Assembly: GCA_964187785.1 (NCBI GenBank)
Contig: OZ076412.1
Span: forward strand, 58,468,001 to 58,532,000
Length of the DNA: 64,000 nucleotides
DNA from: Amphiscolops sp. MND2022
Lineage: Eukaryota
Direction of reading: 5' to 3'
Below, one piece after another: positions 47,187-61,100 of this stretch (its first letter is position 1; every line of letters begins with the position of its first letter). Position numbers and translations under genes: made by a program. The notes under the pieces were generated by a model. It was not told the DNA's origin. It saw only the letters and a program-made list of their open reading frames with translations, and made no database searches.

Positions 47187-47805
47187 TAAATGAAATATAA
47201 TTTGTATTATGAATTCTAATGTACATTACTGACTAGCGCATTTACCAGCGAAATTTATCTAAACTACTTCATACTTAATGTTTCTTTTGACATGACTTTC
47301 TAAACCTTGGAGAATGGAAATGACGATAGATTAGCATAATTAATTCAATTTATTAAACTAAAATGAAAGACAGAATGAAAGGGTATCACACAGAAGCATT
47401 AAAGACTTTCTTCACTCAGCCAGCCACAAAGCGGTGACTGACAAGTTGACATCTAACACACTAGAATTTTTCTGCACAAAACCCTCAAAACTTCAAAAGT
47501 ACCTTTTTGAAATTTCATTCCTTTAAATATTCCACAATCTAATATGAAATATTTTTCACGTACAGGAAGGTAAAAAGGTATTTTGCTCAAACGACCAACA
47601 TTCACATTTCATGTTCATAATTTTGATCAAGTTTCATGTGACCGTCAGGAAAAAAGATGTCAAACTTCTACGACACGATTGGCTCCATAAGGATTGATGT
47701 TACCAATGTGGGTATTATCAGTGAAATAGTTGAGTTTGATCGTCCCAAAGAATAATCAACCATTTCTTTTACCGATCTTTGAAGGTGAAGGTGGCAGAAC
47801 TCCTC

Positions 47806-47890
47806 TTACCACAGCAAAAGTGCAAATATTCGAGATAAAAAAAATGTATTTTACCACAGCAAAAGTGCAAATATTCGAGATAAAAAAAGT
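47806..47890. repeat. Tandem duplication of a ~45-bp unit
   Basis: TTACCACAGCAAAAGTGCAAATATTCGAGATAAAAAAA occurs twice. Confidence 0.85.
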
Positions 47891-49144
47891 ATACAACATT
47901 AAACCCATTTCTGCAATAATTGAGACTCGAAGTAATTTCACAATTGCGCAATTTTGCTGTTGCAAGAGAATTTCAAAAGGAAGGTGAAGAAACGTATATA
48001 AAAAGTGAACTAGCATCAGTTTCAATATTGACGGCTTTTCAGACACGAAGACTAAAACTCAATATTTGGACACCGATGGTTGCAACCAGACAACAATTAA
48101 ATAGGGCGGCCTACAGTTAGCGCCAACAAAAAGACCTTACAAAATTAACCATGGTAGTGCATTTCAAATTTACCATGTAAAAAGTCCTATATAAAGTATT
48201 ATAACAGGATCGTTAAGGAAAGTTCATCTGGAGATTTCATCGCCAAATGGAGTTCAAGGAGAGACTCATTTGTATTCTTAGGTTCCAATTCTTTCGACAC
48301 ACCAAGCTTGCATCTTGGAAAGCATTTCGAAATGTTATGACTTATGAAATCTCCTGACTGCAATGTTATGCAACAACGGAATAACATCTCAGTATTTAAG
48401 ATTACAGTAATCTAACAAAGATACAAAATTTCGAAAAGACGGGTTGGGCCTATTATCATGCCCCCAGAATACTGAGAATATGAAGAGACCCTTGCCTCCA
48501 GCCCTCGCAATCACTGATTGTCACATTGTTTTCTCACTAACAAGCTTGCAATCTGCCAAAGCAATTTCTAACATACCTGAGATTGATATTTCAGTGTAGG
48601 TTACGCAGTTTACAAGCATTGATGGCGAGACAGCCAATATCACTCAGAGAAGGGGAGGAGAAAAGGAAAAGACCGGAGACCCAAAGGGTTTAAAGAAAGC
48701 AGTTTCACCATTGGTGAGATGGCCACAATGTCAAAAACCAGCCAGTGGCAAATGTGTGAAGTTGTTAGAGGCTAATTAGTAGACACCAGCTCTGAGTACA
48801 TTGTTTAATAAGGCAGCAAAACACGAGCATGCTGAAAGGTTAACTTCTCTTCAAATGCAACGAGACAGTTTTCGAAAAAGGATGAGTTTTGAACCATTGA
48901 ACAACCTACTTAGGACAACATCAGCAGACAAGAATTCAATAGCTAGCTGCAGAGGTGAGTTGACTCAATTCATACAGGGGAAAATAAGTTCCTAGAGGTA
49001 AGATGGCATTGAAAGCGCGCAGCTGATGAAGAATCCAAGTAAAATTATCAAATGGGCCGGCCCTGTATCTCAAAATGAGCCACATTAATCTAGCATAGAT
49101 GTGCAAAGTGTGGTGGCGGTGGGGTGTGCTTCGGGCGGGGTGAC

Positions 49145-52100
49145 TTAGAAGTTAGATGCAGAAGGGGTCGAGGGCTGACTGAGATCTGCGTCCAGGTGGA
49201 TGTAGAACTGTTCTTTCCTTCTACACATGAGACTGCAGGAGATTAGAAGAACCAGACTCTAAACACACACACTAAGCTGTTATTACTCGCCACATACCAT
49301 ACCATACAATAGCAACACTCAACAGACCACAGCTAACACTAATAGATTAACCAAAAAAGCGGTACTTGTGAATATATTATCTCGCTCAACGTTAGTATGT
49401 TCCAACCAGTTCATAAAACGACCTTTTAATGTCCAGAAACAAAATTTACGTTAATTCCAGTTTCCAGAATAAATTACCATATATTCTGAACTTGATGAAT
49501 GGCCAATTATTTTTTCAAAAATTCAGTTATGAGCAATTGATGAACAAAATTAAGTGAGGGGAACATTCGTCATATTGAGAATGTTTCCGCTTTTTAATAA
49601 GAACTTTTACCTGTACAGCATTTTTGGCTCAACTGGTAAAAAGGACTAGACGTCCCAAGATCATGCCACAGTTTGATCTTGAAAAAGTTACTACATAGGT
49701 TTCAACTTTTGAACCAAATCAGCCGACCCCCAAAAAACAACACGGAACGTCTCAAGTCGGTCCCCGCTTGAGGCTGAAAAGGCTAAAAGTCTTTTAGACA
49801 TGCTCAAATTTAGTTTTTATGAAATATAGTGCCGAAAAATACCCTTTGGGCTTAAAAGGGTTTTCTCCTGACTAAAAACGTCAAAAAATTAAAGGGGACC
49901 CTTTAAAAATCAAAAACTTTTCATGAAAGTCTTACAGTAGAAAAAAACCCCGAAAAGGAATGAACTTTTGCTCTCCTTCAGTTTTATAGTAGATGCAAAA
50001 ATGTAAGAAATGTCTCTTTAGTCTCCCTTGGTACACTTTAGTTCTTAGGCTAGATAGCAAAAAGTGGACATTTCAGAGTTGAAGCTGTCATCTTACAAAA
50101 AAAGTTCAACCCTTTTCTAATACCAAAAGCGCCGACTAAAGGATTTTTTCCTTCAAAAAACAGCAAACACACCGTTACAATTTCTTGACAAAAACCATTT
50201 CGATGGATTCGAGTGAGAATTTTGTTTATATTCTTCAGACACTGGAATGCAAATTGCCAGATTGCTCCAAATGTAATCCTCATTTAGGTGAGGCAAAAAA
50301 ACTAAAAACCAGAAAAAGGCTCCAAGTTGAAAACTTTGCCAGGATCATTGAGTCTTATGCCAACTACAAAATACACGTATGGATTTAGCTTCTAATGCTA
50401 TCAGGAGCCCAGTGATTGCGAGGCTGCAGTTTCCTAGAATAGATGTAAATTCACTTCTGACTTGAGCATGAAAATTAATTTATGAAGCAACTTGAACTAA
50501 ATTTTCTTGGCTATTAACATTAGTACAGAAAGACACTTGATATTATAATCGCCCCGTTAACGAGCTTACTAATCACTCAAAATGGTGTCACTCAACAAAC
50601 AGTGACACCCCCAAATTACATACACCTTAGTAGAGGTTACCTAGCCAAACTGACAGGATGATACCAAGTACATTCAAGCATCTGGACCTCGAATTTAGGG
50701 TGTATAGAATTTCCCTATCATCTGCAGACTGTAAGAAAGCAGTCCTACATACTGAGGCACAGTGAATTGATTCGTGTACTGAAAATCGTGTATAGTGTTT
50801 TTCGTATATTTTCCTATAAAGCATAGGTATCGTGTACAACAAATCTTCGAGTACGGTACCGTGTATCGACTGTGAAAAATCAAGTTTTTTAAAAATTTAT
50901 TCATAAAACGCATTTTAACAATCTTTTCCAAATTAATCGATGAAAGTCTGTTTCGTCCGTCATCACATATCAAATTACGACAAGAGAACATCCTTTCCAC
51001 TGATCCGGATTTTTGATCCCCTGTTCCAGTCCCTTTTCTCGCCAGAATGTCAGGGTTTTATCACTCCTTTCCGGGTTATTTTCGTGTCCGAGCGAACGCC
51101 GAATACCTTATACTCATTTCGTAAAATTGCTTCATTTTCTCGTGTAAATCGTGTATTTTGAGTAAATCGGCACTTAACGGCACTTAACCGTGTAACGGTA
51201 CAAGAAAATTCGTATATATGTATCGACTAAAATTCACTGCTGAGACACATGATGGACTTTCTGAAACGTCTGTTGAGATCCCCTCAATTCAAAAAGGCTC
51301 AAGGATTTGGATATCCCGATGATAATATGGTGAAAAATAATTCTCAGTGGATCATTCAAAGCCTTAATACAACGAGACTTCCACAGACCAAAATATTTTC
51401 CACAAAAATCATTTTTGCAACGGCATACTTTTAAGTCTAATGTAGCCAATAGATTTGTGCCAACGAAAATGGTAAAGCTTTAACAAAAAATGACATGACA
51501 TTTTTCTTTTTAGCCAGTTTTTTTTGAAGATAACTTGAAAAACTTCACTTGGGAGACTAATCGCTCCGAAACTATTTCTGTAGTTTGTTGAAAGAACTGC
51601 TTCTGAGCACAAATTTACAGTAGGGCAAAATGAGTTGAAAAATTGGCTGAGCGGCTGTTTTTTCTGCTACACATCTAGGAAATTACGGGACCTTGAGAAA
51701 AGCTTAATGTTAAGTGAGGCCCAATCAATCAATTTGATTATTTCAAGCATCACACAGTAGCTGTACAATGAAAACACTACACGCATTTCAGAGACTTAGT
51801 AGCAAAGATTTGGCCAATCGATGACAAGGATCTCTGAAAAATTATCTCAATAAGTATTCGAAAAATTTGCGGATCTCCAATCAATGATACGAGGGCAGTT
51901 GAAGCACTCCACTATATCAACAATTGCGTTCTTTCTCCCGTAGTATTTGACATCACCGGGAGATTAAAACCAAGGACAGTTGAATTGTTTTTAGAAATGC
52001 GAGAGAAATGCTGTTGAATTCTCAACAAGACAATTCGTCCAATAAGTAGAGAAACAGGACCTTGAAACAGAGATCACGGCTCACAAATGCAAGAAGCGAA

Positions 52101-55100
52101 ACCAAAAGTAGATACATGAGGCATGGGACTATTTGATGCTGCTAACCTGCAGAGCGGCAATTGAGAAGCCAATGATGGCGAAAAGCAACACGTTGCTATC
52201 TGCCTCGTCAGAAAGCTTGTGGCAACATCCCTGAAACATGCTCATCTTCACAGCCTGATCGACATAAAGGCAATACTGTTGCAGTGACTACATAGGTGAG
52301 AAAATCAGCCGCTTTGGGCCTCGCCAATTGTTCTACAACTGTAAAAAAACTTCATCTAAGTTCATCTACAATTTCTACAAAAATTTTCGGCATAAATCAA
52401 ATTCATGAAAATTTCCAATATTAATTATTCCAAATCCGAATAGATATCTCAAAACATTTCAAATATTTTAAATTTGCGAAAGTGCCAACTATTTTCATTT
52501 GATCTAAGACGATAAGGTTTGCAGCTTGAAAAAAATACCGGTAGTGAAATACAAATAACCTTTTGCATTTCCATTTGAATATAACCTGAATGCTAAAATT
52601 AAATTAAAAAAGCACCTAAGCACTTGAACAAAAAAATGACAAAAAAGGATGCCCTTTGTGCTTGAAAACGCTTCAAAAGTTCGGATATTGAGTGGTGGGT
52701 TACATGGGAGCGTTTTTTTCAAACCTCGACTTCCTCCTTAGTAAAACGCAATTTACTTCGGATATAACGTCAAAATTTGTATATAGCGCAATATCTTCGA
52801 TCATTCGCTTCCTCCTTATTAAAACGCAGATTACTTCGGATAACGTCAAAGGAGAGCAAATAAATTTTAGACAAAAAATATCTTTTTCAAAAATCTCACA
52901 ATGCCAATAAATGTAAAAACGGGCAGCTTTTGGGCTTTTTGTTGCGAAATATTTAGAAACATCAAATTTTTTTGAAAAAAAAGTCTCACAAAGGGGACTG
53001 GGAAAATCGAAAGTGGTACGGACCCTTTAGTCTCGTCCGGTTTTGTATGTTACATTATAAACAAGCCGGGAACGGCCCAAGTCGGCGCCATTAAGTCTCA
53101 AAAATAGCATAAGGACTTCAAAGTGTCAAGTATTCTTTTTTACAGTACCGAAAAAACCCAAAAGATGGACCGAATTGGGACGCCCTTTCAGATTTTACGA
53201 ACATCCATTTGTTGCAAAAGATCAAAAAACTGAAGATGGACCCTTTGCAGACATTAAAATTTTTTCGAAAAGTCTCAAAGCCGAAAAAGGCACAAAAGTG
53301 TACCCGGGGGACGTGGTTTTAGTATCTTAGTTGAATAAAGATTTAAAAAATCCAAAAGCGTCTTATAGTACTGAAAACCTGAACCTAAAGCTTTACATTG
53401 GACGCAAAATATGTGAAATTCTAGGAAAAAAATCGATTACGCTATACGAAAAATACGTTATATTAGAACTTTGAAAACGTTAAATACGAACTTTGAAAAC
53501 GTTTTCGAATTTATGTACGTGTTAGATTTTATGTATGTTCTAAGAAAATTGTTTGCTAGTTGAACAAAATGTTAGAAATTGATGAAATCGGTCACTTGGT
53601 CAGTTTTAAGAAAAACAAGTTATATCCGGTATACGTTCGAATGGCATCAATTTGATTACATTCATTGTTGTTTGCATTGATGATATTCAAGGCGCACTCA
53701 CAGAAAAATTTTATTTGTTCCCTGTCGCAATCATGTATAACGCGAGAAATGCCTTTCCTCTTTTTGTTTTCTAGCCAGTTCTTCAGAATATGCAATTTTT
53801 TCTCGCTCATTTGCAAAAGCGTTTCCTTTGCAGTCGATGACGGAATATAAAAGGTAGTCAGTACAGGAGCTATGTTTGAGCAAAAACGTGAGACGTCACT
53901 TGTTTTCGGATCAAAATCAATAAGTAAATGTCCGAATGGTCTCGTGATGGCCCTCTGATAAGCTTATCGAATAAAATCCAATTATTTTAATTGTCTACCG
54001 AAAGGGTCAATTTGCTGTGAGTCTCGTGGTTATTTGAATAAAGCATATTGTTTAAATCAATCGTACGCGACCACTTGCTTTGATGGAATAGGTTATTTTT
54101 GACGAAAACGCAATGAAGTTTCCTGTGTCTACCGGCAACGGCAAGTTTAACGAACGCTTGTTTTTGATAAATTTCCTCAGATGAATCGTCGAAAACTAAC
54201 AGACAATTTTTTATTCATTTCAAAGTCTAAACATAGAATGAATTTAATGTTCAATCTTTGGGACATTTCTTGGAAAAGCGGTTGATGATCCTTGTAAAAA
54301 GTTTTTTCGATGGGTCGGTAAAATGTTGTAGGCGAGGCTAGCAACGAATAAATGAGACGAGTTTTAGGATTTAGGACCAACGAGAGCCATGAATAAACAA
54401 TCATTGGTGACAATGATCTCGATCATAGTTTAGGATTAGCCAATGTAACCATCTGCTCCAAATAATAGTGGAAACCACAGACATTTCATCGCATGGCGGT
54501 CTATCTAGAGTAAGTTTCAACAAACTAGCGATTAGAAAAATGAAAATTAGTGTTGCCTGAGTCAAAAAGACAACCTCTGATCTTGGTATAGTGATTAAAT
54601 TGCCAAACTTCCACAATGACCATACGCTGTCTTCTTCGTTTGATTCCATACTGCCTATGCCATCATCTTCAGCGATAACTACTTCAGTTAATGTTCAAAA
54701 TATTCTTGATTGTGAAAAATTAATAGATAACAAACACGACTATCATATAGCAGTATAAAATATGAACATGTTAAATTCATCACAATACTGAGTTTTATTC
54801 TGTACTCGCCCTTGACTTTTGCTGGTGCTGGTGGAAAGTAGACAACCTCCAACACATCGTTGCGCTTGGCCATTTCCTCTGCAATTTGTTTCGGTAACTT
54901 TGGATCTTTGATGCCGTCAAGTTTGACCTCCATCAGATCCTGTAGTCGTTTGCGTGGTATTTTGGTTGTGAAATGAAACTGTTAATGGATTCGAAACTTG
55001 ATTTTAATTGCGAATACTCGGATGCAGTCAACTACACCCTTCCCCAAAAGTTTGTGACCGCCAACATGCTTGAATTCATCTTTGACTAAGTTAATTCTGG

Positions 55101-58100
55101 CATCGGAGTCACGTGTCGCCTCCGACGTTGTTGTAACCGAGAGGCTCAAAGTCGGGGATATAGTTAGCTGTAGGTTGTTCTCTTTGGCTGTTGCATCGAC
55201 TGCATTCATGATAGGATTTTTGAAATTGAACAACCAGTTGCAGGATAATGCAACTTTTTCTCGAGCACAGTGTTTCAATTTGTAACTTTTGATGATTCGG
55301 ACAAACTCTTGTTGAACTATAGCTAAACTGAGATACTTTGGGACAACCAAGGGTGTCCAAAACGACCACAGACCACAGTGAAGAAGAAATTTCTCATTCT
55401 CTGCACCCTTTGTGAAAACGGTACTATTTGGAAATCTGAGTTTGAGCGCGTTGAAGAAATTGAAAATGAATGTGTGATCGTAACTCCCAGCTTCCCAAAG
55501 AATGCCTTGTAGGTTGTCTGTTAACCAGGCGTAAGTCATTTTTATTTTCTTCTGCTAATAGAGAAAATTTCACATTTCACTGGCGGTTGCAAAAGAAAGG
55601 TGTCTTGATAGTTGGCTCCAATGGTTCAACACTATTTGACGGTAACTAATAAGAATTATTACTGTGGCATTTGCATGAATGCTGAAAAGACAAATTTGAT
55701 GATAATCAAGACCACTAGCAATTGGATAAAGCTGTTATATATTAAAGGCAAAATGCTTCCTGCTTTTTTTCCGTATTCAAAACTAAAGGTTTTTTGACTC
55801 GAGTTGTTTCAATGTTTGAAGAATTCCAGAAACGGTCCAGGATGAGAAGTGTCATTATCAACTGTCTTTCCGAAACGGTTATACAAAATGAAGTTAACAT
55901 CAAAGGTAACTGAATTCATCAGCGAATGATTGTTCAAATTTCACAGTCAATAGGAAAGATTGGATTCGGCTTTGATGATGATACCTGTGAGTACAATCTT
56001 CGACAGCGCAACCTTCCCATACTTTTTCATAATTTTCGGCCAACAATCGAGTCGATTCGTGAATAACCATGGCTAGCATGTATACTTTTGACTTTTTGTA
56101 GACTTGATTGATCCGTGGGATGATGATTTTTGGTTGGGGCCAGTCAATCTTGCCTGAAGGTGCCATTTCGTGACATAATGCCAAAACATAGTTCCAGAAA
56201 ATTAATCTCATCTCTTGTATAAATTTTTGCTGAGAGCTATTTTTCGAGTCTCTTTAAGTGTTCAATTGAACGTTTCATGTAAACATTTTCCATTTGTTGC
56301 TCTTCTAGGTAAAAGGAGTAACCACCATTCATGCCATAACCTAAAAATTCTTCTGGACAAGAGTCTAGTGTTCCCACGGTTATTGGTCGTGTCGTTTTGA
56401 GATTTAAAAGTTAATATTATTGGAGTTGTAAGAATTGCAACAATAAAGGTGAAGGTCAAAAGCACTATACAAATCATCCTTGTCCCGTTCATATTTCTAC
56501 AGGGTCAACCGTCTCTGATAACTTTTACGTAATGAATGAATGATCGTTATTTAGAGAACTGTTGTGTCCTCGTTGGGAAGGTCTCGTGGTATAGTGGATA
56601 GATTCTTTGAATTTCATCCCTGAGGTCCCCGGTTCGAAACTGCTATCTGGCAAAATTTTTACACAGAGGCGAAGCGGTGCTTCGCAACACATGACGAAGA
56701 CATCGATTATTTCAATATGCGTATATATATTATTTTCATCGCATGCGTATATATTCAACAGTTCAACTTTGTTCAATAACGTCCCTATGGCACAGTGGTC
56801 AACACTTATGCCGTGCAATCGGGAGGCTGCAGGTTCGAATCTCTCTGGGGTTTTGGGGTTTTTCTAAAAGGCGCTCATTATGAAGTTGACTATAGTGGAA
56901 AAAAACTTACTTAGCTGAACTGTGCAATGAAAAATTAAACCTCCTTTAAGTTCGACCAGAATACATAAAAACAAACTACTTCTTACAAAAACTGCTTTCG
57001 AGCTTGAAAATAGTCGAGTTTTTGCGCAAGAAAAGAATTCATGCTTTAGCTACCTACAGGCCAGATCGAATCCGATCTCATCAGTTCCGCGATGAAAAAA
57101 TGTATCAAACGTGGGTCACAGCAGAAAAATACTACCATCAGAAAAAGGAGACATTGAGGCAATTAGATGGATGGACATCAATAGCTGCGTTGGCGCTTAT
57201 CAAGATAAAAAAAATCGTCATTAAAATGTGTTATACAGAGTGACGCAACATAAATGTTGATTCTTTGCCCTTGACAGCTGCCACAAAAGAAGACGCAAAC
57301 ATCCAGGGTGCGATAGTAGACAGAAAACACTGTGCAAAATTGTGCTCTTTCTATACCTTCCACACGCAATGATGACCAATTTTGATTTTTGCGTCAAAAA
57401 TCAATCCAAACAAAAAATTCCATGATAAACACTTTTCCCAGGCTGGTTTCCCAGTGGTTCGTTAAAGATCCAAACCCCACGCTATCAAAACGTGAACTCT
57501 CAAAACAGAAACAGAAGTATGAATACACAAGATTGGTCTTTCGTAAGTGCTTCCAGTAAAAAAGCAGCTGAAATTAGATCTTTGGATAGCTCGAGACATT
57601 TAGGGTTAACAAGAAATTAAGCACCGAGCTAAAGGGAAGGCCAGGTTATTATGAAATAACCTCGTTGAAACTACACGAACAGAGGCTCAAGAAGCGCAAG
57701 TACTTCAAAAGTATTGTTTAAAAAATTTTCTATATCAGAGCCCAAAACCGGGACCTTTTCGTGAAATGCATTCTTTTTCAAACAAGACGCCCGCTGAGGA
57801 GCGGGATATTTTCCGCCCCGAACTGTTCTACAACTACATAAATTTGAGGCTCAAGAATAACTAATGCACTATAAAAACGCTGAGAAGTTCGAAGAAAAGA
57901 AAGCTTCGATTCATCTTGTCCATTTTTCTAATTCGCGGTGTCTCAAAAAATGGCAAAAATTGCATAAAAATGTTTAAAAATGAGAAATTTGGGAATTTTT
58001 GTCATTTTCGGGGTCATTTTGTCATTAAGGGGTCATTTTGTCATTAAGGGGTCATTTTGTCATTAAGGGGTCATTTTCGTCATTTTTTAAAAAAACTTCA

Positions 58101-61100
58101 AAAATCTCTACAAATACATATCGCACGAAGCTAAATTTATGTGGGTTGAATTCTATGGGTAACACCCTTAAATTTAAATATAAATAAAATCTTGGCAAAT
58201 TTTGTAAAAAAAAAAAACCCGTTTGATTTAAATATTTTCCTTTCCCATATGAAATATGGGCGGAAAATAAAAATAGCAAAATGCAGAAAATAAACCCACA
58301 TATAGCATTGTAATCCTTATGGCTATGTTAGGAACTGAAAAAGGACCCTTCAAATCATTTGGCCCTCTTTAGATTTTAGACGTTTGGTGGACTGTGTAAA
58401 ATTTTTATGGTCCCTTCGACCGGGTTGGAAAAAATAAAGACTAAAAACCACTATAATAAACGCGTTTTATTTCATAAAGCGTCAACTAAATATTGATCAA
58501 AAAAAATGAAAAATTGAGGAAAAAAAACGATTTTTTTATGAAGGTCTCCTGTGTGTCGCATGGTGCGTGCCGAAAACAAGGAGTCTTGTATGCTCACAAA
58601 ATGTTTCGTTTCTAGTGAAAACTGATACGGCTTCGATAAAAGCAAATTAGAAAAAAATCAGATCGAGAAAACGCCGGTCTTGAAAAAAAAACAAAATTCG
58701 GATATAACGTGCTGAGAAAACAATTTTTAAAACCAAGAATAATCATTTTTAAAAATCTCACAATGCCGAAAATTGGAAAGGGAGGCCCTTTGGGATATTT
58801 GAAAATCAAATTTGTTGCAAAATATCCAATCCTTTTAGACATCAAAAAATTTTCGACAAAGTTTCAAAGCCGAAAAAAAATCGAAAGGCCCCTTAAAAAT
58901 ATTCCTTTAGTCTCATTAAGTTTTGCAAATGCACGAAAACGTTTCTGGCAGAAGCAGGGACTCGAACCCGTGACCATTGGGTTCCCCCTAAACCGATTGG
59001 TAGAAGTTACAATTTATTAAGCAACAGCTTTAAAATCTGTCAGTTCGCTGGTTTTAAAAATAAAAGTCACTACTATAGTCTGCTCTTTCTACTGAAGCGC
59101 CGACCAAAAACCGAAATGGGGATCCTTTTGTATCAATGAAAAATTCTCCAAGAAACGTTATATCCGGTATGAGTTGCGTTATTGTCGAAGGGGACTCCTT
59201 TACAAGCTCAAATATAGTATGTAGATGGCCAAAGGGGAAAAGAACTTTTGGTAGAACTATTTTGGACATTTCAAGTCTATCGAAAAAAAACTGACGAAAA
59301 GCCATAGTAGCTCTTCTCTAAAGAAAAGCACCGACTAAAAAATACACTACTTTCTCCAAAAAATAATTTTCACCAAAAAAAGTCGGAAATGAAACAAACG
59401 CACACAATCTATTGAGAACTTCAAGAGTTCTCCCTTAAAATTAAAACGTGTAAACTAACTTTGTTATAGATTGAGATATCTTGTGTGGCATTTGGGTCGA
59501 CAGAAGAAACGTCTGGGGAGACTGCGCAACCTGTTACACTTCCATTTATGGAGACTCTGTCTGCCTTGTCACAGCATGAGCCAGGCACGTAGTCGGGGTA
59601 CATGGCATGCCACTGCGTGTTATCCTGCCAGTCATTGTAGCCCTCACAGCCACAGCATGTAAGCTAAAACGAACTTTTTCATTCAACACTTCATATTGAC
59701 TAGCTGGGATATGTAAGTTGGAATTGGGCAAAAATCTAGCTGCTTCGCTACAAAAACAAGGTTATGAAAATTGACGTAGATCACTCGATAAGTATTTGTA
59801 GAAACTGGACTACTATGGTTTGCAGAATCTTTTTATCATTCGGAATTTGTCGGAAATATTTTCCAATTTTTGAATTTTAGCATAATTTCATTTTTGTTCA
59901 CCAATTTTCACGCGTCAATCTAATCATTGCTTGTAAAAAATACACAAGCTAATCAGTAGAACGAAATTATGAAGAAAAAAGGCTCAACATCAGTATCAAA
60001 AGCCACTGCATGACTACAAATTAGAAACTTACATTTGATTGAGCAAAATCAACAAAACCGTGGCAACGAGAAGTTGGTGTGTAGGAAGCTAAAGTACTTT
60101 TCCAATCGGATTTGACTTTTTCAGAAATCTGAAACAACAATCAACAATACTTATTAACTTTGAGCAATTAACGTCGACATCATCAATAACTTTTGCTTAC
60201 TTTATCTTTGAAGGCAAACGCGGCGACTCCAGCTGATATTTCAAGACACAGAATTGCAAATGTCATAACGAAAAACTGAAAAAAGCAAAGATGAAGCAAA
60301 CACTCAAAAACAAAAATCAAACAATGAAGTTCAATTTAGAAAACTCACAATTGAAAGACAGAACTTGCTCTCGCGCACCGCTCCACAACAGCCAATGAAC
60401 GAGTTGAGGAAGAGTAAAATTCCAACACCGGCAATTATGCCGAGAGGCAACAGCAGACAAAGTATTGCAAAATGACAATCAGTCGAGAAGTATTGCGTCA
60501 GCACCCATGAGGAAAAGAACAATAAGCCACCTGCCAAAACCTGAAACAAGGGAAACTATACTTTTTAAAATACGCACGGGCAAAACCAGAGCTGAATTTT
60601 AAAATTTTGAGCAATATAATTACTATTTAATCAGTCAACTTCGTTTAGAATTATCTGAGCTCATCTGTGGATAGCTATAGTTGTTAAATTAGTTTGAAGA
60701 AAGTAAACTGAGTTTTGTGGAAAAATACTGTTTTGTTGAGTTGAGAAAATCAGTGAAAAGTAGAAGAGAACAAATACGAACGTTAACAGAAATGAGCAGG
60801 TTACACGAGACAGATTGATAAATTAGCAAACGTCATTTTAATACTAGGAAATTTCGTGAAAAGAATGAAAATGTTGCTCATCAGCTATTTTTAACTAATG
60901 ATTCATGAACACATAGGAAAAATAGGAAGAAGATTTTCGAACGAGAAAACTTTGTCGGATACAAAAATTCCACAACACATTTTCAAGCAAAACATTTGAC
61001 AAACTGGTTCGGGAAGATCTTATGAAACTTTCGACAATTCAATTATTGGCAACTGAATAATTAGGTACTACCAAAAATTACCGATTCCCAGTGGGTTAAA

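Noticed and set aside
48480..49070. Possible non-LTR retrotransposon relic
   Set aside because: Coding-like composition, but no motif I could identify with confidence.
50627..50690. Alternative last tetraspanin exon (VLGIILSVWL)
   Set aside because: No in-phase AG acceptor; 49258-49145 fits phase and TM4 better.
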